Source: a virus
Direction: 5' to 3' (one strand)
DNA length: 64,000 nucleotides
IMG/VR virus record: IMGVR_UViG_3300010413_000017
Location: 1-64,000 of that record
The stretch's first letter is position 1, and the number at the start of each line of letters is the position of its first letter. Both the position numbers and the translations under genes were made by a program. The notes under the pieces were generated by a model. It was not told the origin of the DNA. It worked only from the letters and a program-made list of their open reading frames with translations, and ran no database searches. Below are positions 48,482 through 56,573 of this stretch, in pieces.

Positions 48482-48552
48482 CAGGGGAATCTGGACTCGA
48501 ACCAGAAATGTGAGGTCCAAAACCTCACGTGTTACCTTTACACCATTCCCCT
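48482..48552 (-). tRNA. tRNA-Gln(UUG), CCA not encoded
   Basis: AGGGGAA/TTCCCCT acceptor, D arm GTGT/ACAC, TGAGG-TTTTGGA-CCTCA anticodon arm, TCTGG-TTCGAGT-CCAGA T arm. Confidence 0.88.
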
Positions 48553-48560
48553 CTTTTAGT

Positions 48561-48637
48561 TGGTACGGGCAGAGGGATTCGAACCCCCGACAACGTGGCC
48601 CCAAACCACGCACTCTACCAGACTGAGCTATGCCCGT
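48561..48637 (-). tRNA. tRNA-Pro(UGG) with CCA
   Basis: ACGGGCA/TGCCCGT acceptor, CGTGG-TTTGGGG-CCACG anticodon arm, TTCGAAT T loop, ACCA end. Confidence 0.92.
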
Positions 48638-48760
48638 ACTATCGTAGTAATCCACTGTCGAACAACTCAAGAATCCACTCTACGACCATGCTACCTACCA
48701 TGGCAGAGAGGAGTATGACAATTGTGACGATCAGGAAAAATCGTGTATAGTCTCTCAATT

Positions 48761-49006
48761 TCAACCGTCCTTGGAGCGGAACGAGGGATACGAACCCTCA
48801 TCTTTAGACGGGAAGTCTAACGTTTTACTTAAACTAGTTCCGCTTGGTTGTTCAATCGCTCGTTCGATGGCACACCTAACAAGAGGGATAAGTATGTCTA
48901 GACAACGTGTGCAATAGAGGTCAGGTAAATCGTAGCCTTGTTCAGCTAATGCAACAACATCGTCAATTAAGTCCCCGCAACCTTGGCAAAAAACATTTAT
49001 GGTCAT
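48761..49006 (-). CDS. Small CxxC..CxxC protein whose 3' end overlaps tRNA-Gly
   Basis: ATGA coupling to the upstream gene; CQGC...CTRC. Confidence 0.45.
   Translation of the reverse strand: MTINVFCQGCGDLIDDVVALAEQGYDLPDLYCTRCLDILIPLVRCAIERAIEQPSGTSLSKTLDFPSKDEGSYPSFRSKDG
48772..48843 (-). tRNA. tRNA-Gly(UCC) with a shortened D loop
   Basis: GCGGAAC/GTTCCGC acceptor, TCCA end, TTAGA-CTTCCCG-TCTAA arm, GAGGG-TTCGTAT-CCCTC T arm; D loop AAGTA lacks GG. Confidence 0.75.
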
Positions 49007-49401
49007 TTTACCCTCCCTAGTAAAGCGAAAAACACCTTCGCATCTAATACAACGACTTCTTCAGTGCGTTCCTCTTTTTTCCGTCCGCTACGCTTCATAA
49101 CCAACAACCAATCTGTGTCTGGATAACAGTTTGCCTTCGCTTGTTCAATCCACTCTAAAAGTGACCACCTCTTTTGGTTTTTACACTCTACTGTAAAGGG
49201 GAATAACTTACGAGCTTTAACTGAAAGTATAACATCAGGCCCGCGTTGACCCATCGGTCGAGGCTTGATTTCAGCGTCATCGCTTTTGCCCCAAGGAACA
49301 TTTATGGCTTGTGAGATACACTCACATGCCCAGTCTTGTAATGCTCTGCCCTTCGCCTTTCGGCTCGCAACGGAGATTGTCTTGCTTTTCTTTTTGGCCA
49401 T
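49003..49401 (-). CDS. PD-(D/E)xK nuclease, putative Holliday junction resolvase
   Basis: SRKAKGR.LQ, G.DV, VECKNQ and W.EQA motifs. Confidence 0.8.
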   Translation of the reverse strand: MAKKKSKTISVASRKAKGRALQDWACECISQAINVPWGKSDDAEIKPRPMGQRGPDVILSVKARKLFPFTVECKNQKRWSLLEWIEQAKANCYPDTDWLLVMKRSGRKKEERTEEVVVLDAKVFFALLGRVK

Positions 49402-49936
49402 TAAGTATATCTCTCAAAGAATCAACTCGAACAACATCTGGGTGAGTCCATCTGCCCATGTTCCACGGTCGATTTATTAAATAACAGATAAGCCCTTTCT
49501 CCGCTACTTGGTTGGCTGTTTGGAGTCTGTCTTCCACAATCCCATCCAAACCAAGTTTAACAAGGAGGTCAGCTTTGTGCTTACTTCTAGACTGATAGAT
49601 GCGATAAACCAAACTTGGAAAGTTATGCTCTATCCAGCTTTGCGTAGCAGGTAAGAGGCCGTGCCTGCGTGCTGTAATGAAAGTAACAGGCTCGAACTCA
49701 GACAAGAGTTCAGTATCTGGGTAAGGCGCAATTCCAGTCCAGTGATGCTCTAGGATACTAAAGAAGTAGTCCAAGAACGGTTCAAAATATCCTACCTGAC
49801 AGATTTGCTCGAAGAAGTCATGACGACTTATCGTAGTAGGGTCAAAGGTAATACCCCAGTCTCTGCGCGCCCTCTGTCTTAGCGCCTGTATAACGTCTGC
49901 CAAAGTTCCATCAATATCAAAGGCTAGTTTTATCAT
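49322..49936 (-). CDS. HAD-family 5'(3')-deoxyribonucleotidase
   Basis: FDIDGTLAD, ITAR, VED and RPWN motifs; start at MIKLAF (49936). Confidence 0.82.
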   Translation of the reverse strand: MIKLAFDIDGTLADVIQALRQRARRDWGITFDPTTISRHDFFEQICQVGYFEPFLDYFFSILEHHWTGIAPYPDTELLSEFEPVTFITARRHGLLPATQSWIEHNFPSLVYRIYQSRSKHKADLLVKLGLDGIVEDRLQTANQVAEKGLICYLINRPWNMGRWTHPDVVRVDSLRDILNGQKEKQDNLRCEPKGEGQSITRLGM

Positions 49937-50114
49937 CCTATCTTCCACAGGTCTCAGTTTGACTGTTGGAGCCGACGCTGGCATCCGCACGCGTCCAAAA
50001 GAGTACTAAAGTTACCGCAGGTCTCACAACGAAACCCAGGTGGCCATTTGGGTTTGATATGTTTGTTAATCCCTTTAGGAGTTTTATCTTTCATAGCTTC
50101 ATCTGAACCTTATG

Positions 50115-50393
50115 TCAATGTTTTATAGCTGTTAGGTGCTCATCCTCTCGATGTAACCTAGCAACAATTTTGTTCTGAACAGTTATACCGGTGAAAGAAT
50201 AGCTTGTTACATATCCGCGAATCTTCTCGTTAAATTCCTCTACAAGATGTTGCCAGCTGTCCTCGTAAATGCAACAACCTTGCGGAGTAAGCTCAACTGC
50301 GTTGGTGTCAATTTCAAGTTCGAACCTAACTTCGCCTTTTAGGCCGGAACTAACATATATATGACCGTGAAGCATTACTGTTTGTTTGTCCAC
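50115..50393 (-). CDS. Hypothetical protein
   Basis: AGGAG RBS, GTG start. Confidence 0.45.
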   Translation of the reverse strand: MDKQTVMLHGHIYVSSGLKGEVRFELEIDTNAVELTPQGCCIYEDSWQHLVEEFNEKIRGYVTSYSFTGITVQNKIVARLHREDEHLTAIKH

Positions 50394-50422
50394 ACTACTT
50401 CTCCTATGGGTTTCCTTTCGTA

Positions 50423-50647
50423 TTATTCCTCTACAGTTATGATGAACCCACGTTCTATATCGTCTGGTATAGACTTGAAGATGTCACTTGGATAGACGTT
50501 GTAAAGGTGTGGATGGAAATCGTTCCTATCAAATTCCTCATCGGGTTCTCTGTTTATCAAGGCAATGTAGATTTCTTTTGTAACGGCCCAGACAAAGCAC
50601 TCATAATCGCCACTCATTATTCCCCTAAAGTGGACATGCTTTAACAT
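50423..50647 (-). CDS. Hypothetical protein
   Basis: AGGAGG RBS. Confidence 0.5.
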   Translation of the reverse strand: MLKHVHFRGIMSGDYECFVWAVTKEIYIALINREPDEEFDRNDFHPHLYNVYPSDIFKSIPDDIERGFIITVEE

Positions 50648-51037
50648 TTAGTCCTCCTTGTTTTTACTGCCGTTGTTGCTTTCCCTTTTCTTACTTACTG
50701 CCATATTGTACTTAGTTGCCAGTTCATCGTAAGCTACTCCTGTATCATCAGACATCTCAGAAAGTTGCACCTCTTCCGAACTCCAAAGGCGTCCTGCGTT
50801 GTTCTCGTGTTTTGTTACAAGTGCGAATACTACAATCGCCGCTAGAAAAATTAAAAAAATCGTTTTTGCGCTGTCCGGACCGCTACCGGGAAGGTCTGAA
50901 TAGAGAGCAAAAAATGAAAACACAGACCCTAGTACAGCGAGTAGGACTACCCCAAACCAGAACTCAGGGACACAGTGTTCGTCCCAAGTGACTTTACGTG
51001 GCTTCCCAAACTCATCAAGTTTGCGTACTCTCTTCAT
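50648..51037 (-). CDS. Two-TM membrane protein
   Basis: Two hydrophobic helices; coupled to neighbours. Confidence 0.55.
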   Translation of the reverse strand: MKRVRKLDEFGKPRKVTWDEHCVPEFWFGVVLLAVLGSVFSFFALYSDLPGSGPDSAKTIFLIFLAAIVVFALVTKHENNAGRLWSSEEVQLSEMSDDTGVAYDELATKYNMAVSKKRESNNGSKNKED

Positions 51038-51282
51038 CAGTCTTCCTCTTTTTGTTTACTGCCCTGCGGATTTGTCATAGGCGTACCGTCAGGGAACAGT
51101 ACGAAATCTTCCTTTTGTTTAACCCAGTTGCACGGGCCATACTGACGTTCGAATTCGCGTATAAATTCGCGCCTGTCCTGTTCTTCAAGATGACGAAAGA
51201 ACGCGTCAGTCCACTTCTTCCAGAGCTTCTTAATTTTATCCACAGTTACTCCATCCACAAAAAGGATTAGGACAAGTTTCAC
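51037..51282 (-). CDS. Hypothetical protein
   Basis: ORF in operon order. Confidence 0.4.
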   Translation of the reverse strand: MKLVLILFVDGVTVDKIKKLWKKWTDAFFRHLEEQDRREFIREFERQYGPCNWVKQKEDFVLFPDGTPMTNPQGSKQKEED

Positions 51283-53509
51283 ATCCCTCTTTTGCTACCA
51301 AGATTTCTCCGCAATCTGGGCACATCTTAGCGTCCCCAGGTAGTACTCGGGTTGAGCGGTAGATTTCTAATTCATCCTCTGGAGCACTGGGGCTGGCGGC
51401 AGGAATCGAACCCGCGACCGTCTCATTACAAGTGAGGCGCTCTACCTGCTGAGCTACGCCAGCCCGTGCTTGTTGCTCTTGGGTTTGTTGGCTTTGTAAC
51501 TTTCTCTTGCGAATGACTTTTGCAATGCCGTCAGGGGGGGATAAGACTTGTTCTCCATTGTGGAACATTACACGCTCGCCGCCGATGCCCCGCAACTGCT
51601 TCTCGATGTCTTCCCACGACGCTCCATACTTAAGTGCAAGTGTCCCGAGGCGTCCGACAGCGTCGTTCATCGCCGCAATAGTTCTACCTGATTTAGAAAT
51701 CTGAGTCCACATTTCTTTAAACCCTGTATTAGAGTCTTCAAACAGATGCACCCAAAGAGTGCCGTCCCCAGTCTTAACTCTATCTCTGGACCCAGCTAGA
51801 AATTCAGGGGTTTCTAGAGTTACAGAAGACGTATATGACGCATGTTCTGCCTTTTTAGTATGGCGTAGGCTGGGTGGGAGAGATTTGATAATATCCCTGT
51901 ATGCTTTTGTATCTCGTTGGGCTTCCTCTTCTCGACTCCCCTGTCGGTAGAAAGTGATGCCCTTGCACCCAAGTTTATACGCGAGCCTGAAAGCTCTGTC
52001 CACTTCCTCGATAGTTACAGAACTGGGAGCGTTGATAGTCTTGCTTACAGCATTGTCTGTATATTTTTGGAAAGCGGCCTGCATCTTAACATGATGTTCG
52101 ATTGGGACGTCCTTAGATTCGATGAAATAGTCGGGACATTTTATCCCTTCATTGATGGCTTGCCAGTCCTCGTATAGAGGATGCATTACGACCAGCGTTT
52201 CATCTATTGCTTTTTTCTCGTAGACGAATGAGAATACTGGCTCAATCCCCGAGCTACACCCGGCTATTAAACTGAGTGTGCCTGTAGGAGCTATCGTTGT
52301 AACCGTCCCGTTTCTGCGGTCAATAAGGGGTGTATCCTTGCGCCCAGAAGGTAAGTCTGCCCAAGCTGGGTATCCTTTTTCCTTAGCTAACTCTGTAGAA
52401 CAGAGATGAGCTACGTCATTAACGAATTGCATCACCTGTTCAGCTAGGACTAGAGCCGTTTCCATGTCATAACGTATTCGCATCTTAATAAGCATGTCAG
52501 CCCAGCCCATAACACCTAGCCCTATTTTGCGGAACTTTGTTGTTTCTCGTTTTATTTCGATAATTGGGTAATTATTAACGTCAATTACGTTATCAAGAAA
52601 ACGGACGGCTGTTTGCACAACCTCCATGAGCCTGTCCCACTGGATTGCGGGGAATATTGTTCCGGTATCTTCATTTAGTAAAGGCTCAACAAAATTACTT
52701 AGATTGATGCTTCCTAAAACACAAGACTCATAAGGGGACAACGGTTGCTCCCCACAAGGATTTGTGGCTGTAATCTTTTGATACTTTCCGACAGGGTTAG
52801 TCTCGTTAACCTTGTCTATAAAGACAATGCCCGGTTCTCCGTTCTTCCATGCGCCGTCGATTATACTCGCCCAAATGTAATCTACGTGTGGATACCCTGT
52901 CAAGGCGACCTTATCCATGAAATCATCTGTTAAAGCAACCGAGATATTGAAATGTCTCAACTCTCCTTCTTTTTCTTTGCACTTAATAAACTCGAGAACA
53001 TCTGGATGGTCACAGCGTAGAATACCCATCTGCGCTCCTTTGCGAACTCCTCCCTGCTCAATTATTTCTCCTACAACAAAGTCAAAGACACGCATAAATC
53101 CAACAGGTCCAGAGGCTTTGCCTTTTGTTGTACTAATTAATGAACCGCGCGGTCGGAGATTCGAGAAATCGTAACCTGTGCCTCCACCGAAAGCCTGAAC
53201 TTCGACTGCGTCTGTGAGAGCTTTAAAAATAGACTGACGAGAATCTTCGATTGGGATAACAAAGCAGGCGGCTAAGTTACCGTGATTGGCTCCTGCGTTC
53301 CGCAGGGTGGGGGAGTTGGGAAGAAAATCCAAATTGGACATTACTGAGTAGAACTCTTGTTCCCAGTAGTCCTTGTCCTTTTCCACAGAGGCGATATGGC
53401 GTGCTACACGCCTGAACATCTCTTCCGGTGCTTCAATAACGTTGCCACGTGCATCCTGCTGTAGAATCCGCTTTTCTAAAACTCGAATCGCGTTAGCCGA
53501 CAGATTCAA
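51236..53509 (-). CDS. nrdJ: Class II (B12-dependent) ribonucleotide reductase
   Basis: FLPNSPTL, AACFV, GGGTG, GEPG, TNPCGEQPL..YESC.LGS, TIAPTGT, DNAVSKT and GCKGIT.YR motifs; TSCPD-like region; C-terminal CPDCG...EGC..C...CGWS.C; no beta-subunit gene nearby. Confidence 0.92.
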   Translation of the reverse strand: MNLSANAIRVLEKRILQQDARGNVIEAPEEMFRRVARHIASVEKDKDYWEQEFYSVMSNLDFLPNSPTLRNAGANHGNLAACFVIPIEDSRQSIFKALTDAVEVQAFGGGTGYDFSNLRPRGSLISTTKGKASGPVGFMRVFDFVVGEIIEQGGVRKGAQMGILRCDHPDVLEFIKCKEKEGELRHFNISVALTDDFMDKVALTGYPHVDYIWASIIDGAWKNGEPGIVFIDKVNETNPVGKYQKITATNPCGEQPLSPYESCVLGSINLSNFVEPLLNEDTGTIFPAIQWDRLMEVVQTAVRFLDNVIDVNNYPIIEIKRETTKFRKIGLGVMGWADMLIKMRIRYDMETALVLAEQVMQFVNDVAHLCSTELAKEKGYPAWADLPSGRKDTPLIDRRNGTVTTIAPTGTLSLIAGCSSGIEPVFSFVYEKKAIDETLVVMHPLYEDWQAINEGIKCPDYFIESKDVPIEHHVKMQAAFQKYTDNAVSKTINAPSSVTIEEVDRAFRLAYKLGCKGITFYRQGSREEEAQRDTKAYRDIIKSLPPSLRHTKKAEHASYTSSVTLETPEFLAGSRDRVKTGDGTLWVHLFEDSNTGFKEMWTQISKSGRTIAAMNDAVGRLGTLALKYGASWEDIEKQLRGIGGERVMFHNGEQVLSPPDGIAKVIRKRKLQSQQTQEQQARAGVAQQVERLTCNETVAGSIPAASPSAPEDELEIYRSTRVLPGDAKMCPDCGEILVAKEGCETCPNPFCGWSNCG
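51388..51463 (-). tRNA. tRNA-Thr(UGU) with CCA, embedded within nrdJ
   Basis: GCTGGCG TA GCTC AGCAGGTA GAGC G CCTCA CTTGTAA TGAGA CGGTC GCGGG TTCGATT CCTGC CGCCAGC C CCA (76 nt). Confidence 0.9.
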
Positions 53510-53521
53510 TAAACTACCTCC

Positions 53522-53551
53522 AAAAAGGGCACTAGTTTTTACTAGTGCCCT
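53522..53551 (-). terminator. Intrinsic terminator-like hairpin directly upstream of the nrdJ RBS
   Basis: AGGGCACTAGT-AAAA-ACTAGTGCCCT followed by a T run on the - strand. Confidence 0.7.
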
Positions 53552-53559
53552 ACTAAGAA

Positions 53560-54111
53560 CTACTCAACGCCAAAGGAAGGCTCGTCCCAGACGGCCAGAA
53601 CAGTCACATGCTCGTGCTCTCTCGAACCTTTTGGGATTGCCATAAGAAACGGGTCAGGGGTGAGTGCTCGATAATCTGTGACATAGAAGCCGAACTTTTG
53701 GCGCAACTCTTCAGGTATGTCTGCGATTAAACGCAGAACACGGATAGGAACCTCTTTTGTATACAGCGAAATCCTTAAGTCACCGTTGAACCGTCCCAAA
53801 GACTGGGAGTGATGCCCTCTGTTGTCTTCGGCGCGCAAGGGAAACCAATCCCAACCACAACCTTCTTTGCGGGCTACTGCGTCCATGTAGGCCCAAACCT
53901 CGTTTGTATCATAGACGGGCAAGCCTTTGTTAGCCAAGAATACGCGTAACTCATGAACAACTCGCGTGGGAGGTTCGTAGCCAATCTCTGCGGCAAGGTT
54001 GTCATATGTATCGAGGGCCACAACCTTTCCAACTAGCTTGGGTTTAGGTTGTAACGGATTACGTCGCCTCTCCCGTCGTTCGATGAAATCGTTTATTAAC
54101 TTAGGCAACAT
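53560..54111 (-). CDS. Hypothetical protein
   Basis: AAGGAG RBS; C-terminal PDPFL...WDEP.F motif. Confidence 0.65.
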   Translation of the reverse strand: MLPKLINDFIERRERRRNPLQPKPKLVGKVVALDTYDNLAAEIGYEPPTRVVHELRVFLANKGLPVYDTNEVWAYMDAVARKEGCGWDWFPLRAEDNRGHHSQSLGRFNGDLRISLYTKEVPIRVLRLIADIPEELRQKFGFYVTDYRALTPDPFLMAIPKGSREHEHVTVLAVWDEPSFGVE

Positions 54112-54169
54112 GTCAGTCTCCTTTTTTCAGGATAAAGAGGTGCCCGTCTATTCAGACCCGACGGGCAGG

Positions 54170-54427
54170 GGCTACGTGATGTCCCAATGGATAGACCGGC
54201 CGTCCTCCGAATGGGCCTGTGTGGGTTCGAATCCCATCGGGGGCATTGGAGTAGGTAGACAACGTTCACTTCCAATGAACTAGGGTGGCCGCCCCGTGCA
54301 GGTTCGAGTCCAGCCGCCAGCACCTAAATGGGGGTCGCAGGTTTGCCGCGGGGGCTTTCCATCCAATTGAGCTACGACCCCCATGTTGGGTCGGCTTGGA
54401 TTCGAACCAAGATTTCCTGTTTATCAG
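54170..54427. pseudogene. Cluster of four tRNA remnants in both orientations
   Basis: + strand Arg(CCG)-like (54170-54245) and long-variable-arm remnant (54246-54324); - strand acceptor/D-arm hairpin (54329-54383) and 3' half of tRNA-Ile(GAU) (54387-54427). Confidence 0.65.
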
Positions 54428-54431
54428 TAGC

Positions 54432-55091
54432 TTATTTGGACTTTTGTTTAGCCTTTGTCTTCGCACGCTTGCGTTGCTTAGCGTCGAAGGCCATACTCAT
54501 AGCAACCCCTGTCCTGTATGAGGTCAAGTTATCCGCCATAGACGCGAACGCTACTTGAGTCCCTACACCAGAAGGGTCATAGCTCAGAGTATTTGCGGCT
54601 TGGATACCATATCTGAAAGCGTCCTGTTCACAATGGATGTCGGACGACAGAAAGAGCACTTCCCATTTGTACACATCCTGCTGATGTTCAATCATCTCGC
54701 GGACTTTCTCCTCGGTGTACTCTTGGCTATCGTTCTCACGACCGTCAGTCATGATAGCGAAGACAACTTTAGACGGACGCTCTGCCTCAGGTAGAGCCGC
54801 TAAGCGTTCTCCGATTGTGTTCATCGTTTTGCCGATGGCATCCAAGAGACGTGTCATGCCTCTAGGCTGATAGTTTCTCTCGTTAAGAATCCGAGCATCA
54901 GCGATGTCTACACAGTCCTGTAGTAACTCGTAGCGATCATCGAATTGAGCCAGCGTATATGTCGCCTTTCCAGGTACTTGCTGTTGGGATTTGATAAATT
55001 CGTTGTAGCCACCGATAGTATCGTCTTTTACGCGTTGCATCGAACCAGACCTGTCCAGTACAAGTCCAATGTGTGTGTAGTCTTGTCGCAT
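54432..55091 (-). CDS. vWA domain protein
   Basis: LDRSGSM MIDAS motif, PRGMT.LLDA and MTDGREN motifs. Confidence 0.9.
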   Translation of the reverse strand: MRQDYTHIGLVLDRSGSMQRVKDDTIGGYNEFIKSQQQVPGKATYTLAQFDDRYELLQDCVDIADARILNERNYQPRGMTRLLDAIGKTMNTIGERLAALPEAERPSKVVFAIMTDGRENDSQEYTEEKVREMIEHQQDVYKWEVLFLSSDIHCEQDAFRYGIQAANTLSYDPSGVGTQVAFASMADNLTSYRTGVAMSMAFDAKQRKRAKTKAKQKSK

Positions 55092-55103
55092 AGTACGACC
55101 TCC

Positions 55104-55349
55104 TTAGAAGATTTCTTTGCTGAGTTCAAGCGCCTGTTCTTCCGAGAACCCCTCGGCCAGAAGCGCGTCGTATTTGGCTCGAGTCATGCGGGCCTGAATT
55201 CCTAAAAACTCAATGAGAGCTTCCAAATTTGTCTTTAGGTCTTGCAGAGACTGCTTAACCTCCACAGGGTTCAACTTTGAAGGGAAGGGTTTAACATTGT
55301 CTTTAGTCATGGGGGTTACTCCTACGGCGAATTGATACTGACCAGCCAT
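55104..55349 (-). CDS. Hypothetical protein
   Basis: KYDALL.EGFSEEQALEL C-terminal motif. Confidence 0.55.
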   Translation of the reverse strand: MAGQYQFAVGVTPMTKDNVKPFPSKLNPVEVKQSLQDLKTNLEALIEFLGIQARMTRAKYDALLAEGFSEEQALELSKEIF

Positions 55350-55472
55350 ACACGTTTGTAGTTGTTGAAGTAGTGTCTTTCTCTTCGGTTAAGTCTCCGT
55401 TTAATTTTCTTGCGTCTTCCGGGTTTGTTGAGTAAAATGAACTTAACGCCATTGTTTACCAGCGCAATCTCG

Positions 55473-55883
55473 TCATGTTGCTTGATGAACATTCTCCGTC
55501 TGAGTGTCGGGTTCAGCACCATCATACATCTCCCTTAGTAAACAGACACCGATTAATGAGTATACGCCTTGGTCCATTAAGGTCTCGTCTATCGCTTCTC
55601 CTACCCTGTCGGGAATCCCGCTAGCGAGGTTTTTAATTCGGCTCCACTTGTCGGACAGCCTGACAAGCACACCCAACCAAGAAGGAATACCAAAGTCCTC
55701 ACACTCTCGAAAGTTTCTAAAGGGGTCACCGCCTATCCCAGCGTAGTTGTGGTTTTTCCTAGCGTGGAGTTCTGCCGCCTCGACTAGGACTTTGTAAAAG
55801 GGGGATGGACGGCTGTCCCCGACGTCGAGAGTAATATTCCCACAGAAATAAAGAGAGCCTTCTTGAGTTGTCTTAGGTTTCAT
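55473..55883 (-). CDS. DUF1599/Nmad1-like nucleotide-modification-associated protein
   Basis: KNHNYA...DPF.NF, VRLSDK.SR and ETL.D...Y motifs. Confidence 0.75.
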   Translation of the reverse strand: MKPKTTQEGSLYFCGNITLDVGDSRPSPFYKVLVEAAELHARKNHNYAGIGGDPFRNFRECEDFGIPSWLGVLVRLSDKWSRIKNLASGIPDRVGEAIDETLMDQGVYSLIGVCLLREMYDGAEPDTQTENVHQAT

Positions 55884-56437
55884 TTGTGTGTTTTCCTTAC
55901 CTCTACGACTTCGAGTTTGTTGTTTTTGTCAAATCCCAACCGGAAACATTGCTTCGCAGTGGGGAGCCAGATGTCAATCTTGCGCTTCTGATATGAAGGC
56001 ATTAGGTCCATAAAGACATAATAGCCATCGAATCCGTCGGTTCCAGTTAATCGAACTATACTCCCCCAACGTGATTGAAAGATAGACTTCCCTTTTGGAC
56101 ACAGACCCAGCTCGCGGACTAAATCGCGAGAGAGGGCGCACGCACCGGGGAAGACTCGTACACCAGAGGACATCTTACCTTTTAGGCAGTAGCCTGTCGA
56201 CCTCACTTTCGAGGCTGTCGCTCCCTTTTTTGCGGTCGGAGAGGCTAATCTTGAACTTACCTTCCCGCCAGAGGCGCATAAAACGTTCGAAGTGCGTTTC
56301 ATTGGCAAGCACATAGCCAGTAGAATTACACCAATCACAGTTAACTTCAGTTGTTGAACCCTCCCACTCGTGATGACATTTTGAACAGTGAAACAGAGGC
56401 ATCTTGACCTTCTTACGTAAAGTCTGGGCCTGTCCAA
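55880..56437 (-). CDS. 3D-domain (MltA-like) cell-wall protein
   Basis: STGYC..G.MSSG, A.SRD, D.M and KIDIW motifs; hydrophobic signal-like stretch; start uncertain. Confidence 0.6.
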   Translation of the reverse strand: MDRPRLYVRRSRCLCFTVQNVITSGRVQQLKLTVIGVILLAMCLPMKRTSNVLCASGGKVSSRLASPTAKKGATASKVRSTGYCLKGKMSSGVRVFPGACALSRDLVRELGLCPKGKSIFQSRWGSIVRLTGTDGFDGYYVFMDLMPSYQKRKIDIWLPTAKQCFRLGFDKNNKLEVVEVRKTHK

Positions 56438-56573
56438 GAAATAGGACTATAGGATAACCATGTTCTACATTTTGGACACTGAATTTCCCGCGGTGGGTTC
56501 TTGTCAACAACATCCTTCCATCCACAAGAACACTTTGCTTCAAAAATAGTACGTTTAACCAATCGTTCGTACG

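Noticed and set aside
48420-48750. ORFs 48470-48670, 48420-48626 and 48529-48750
   Set aside because: They are shadows of tRNA-Gln and tRNA-Pro
51388-51463. tRNA as a prophage attachment site or contig junction
   Set aside because: The NrdJ frame continues through it into a canonical C-terminal Cys tail, phage genes lie on both sides, and no integrase is seen
54329-54383. tmRNA or intact tRNA
   Set aside because: Only an acceptor-like stem and a D-arm start; no T arm, anticodon arm or tag reading frame
53999-54558. Short ORFs across the tRNA remnant region
   Set aside because: They are translations of tRNA-like sequence with no protein features
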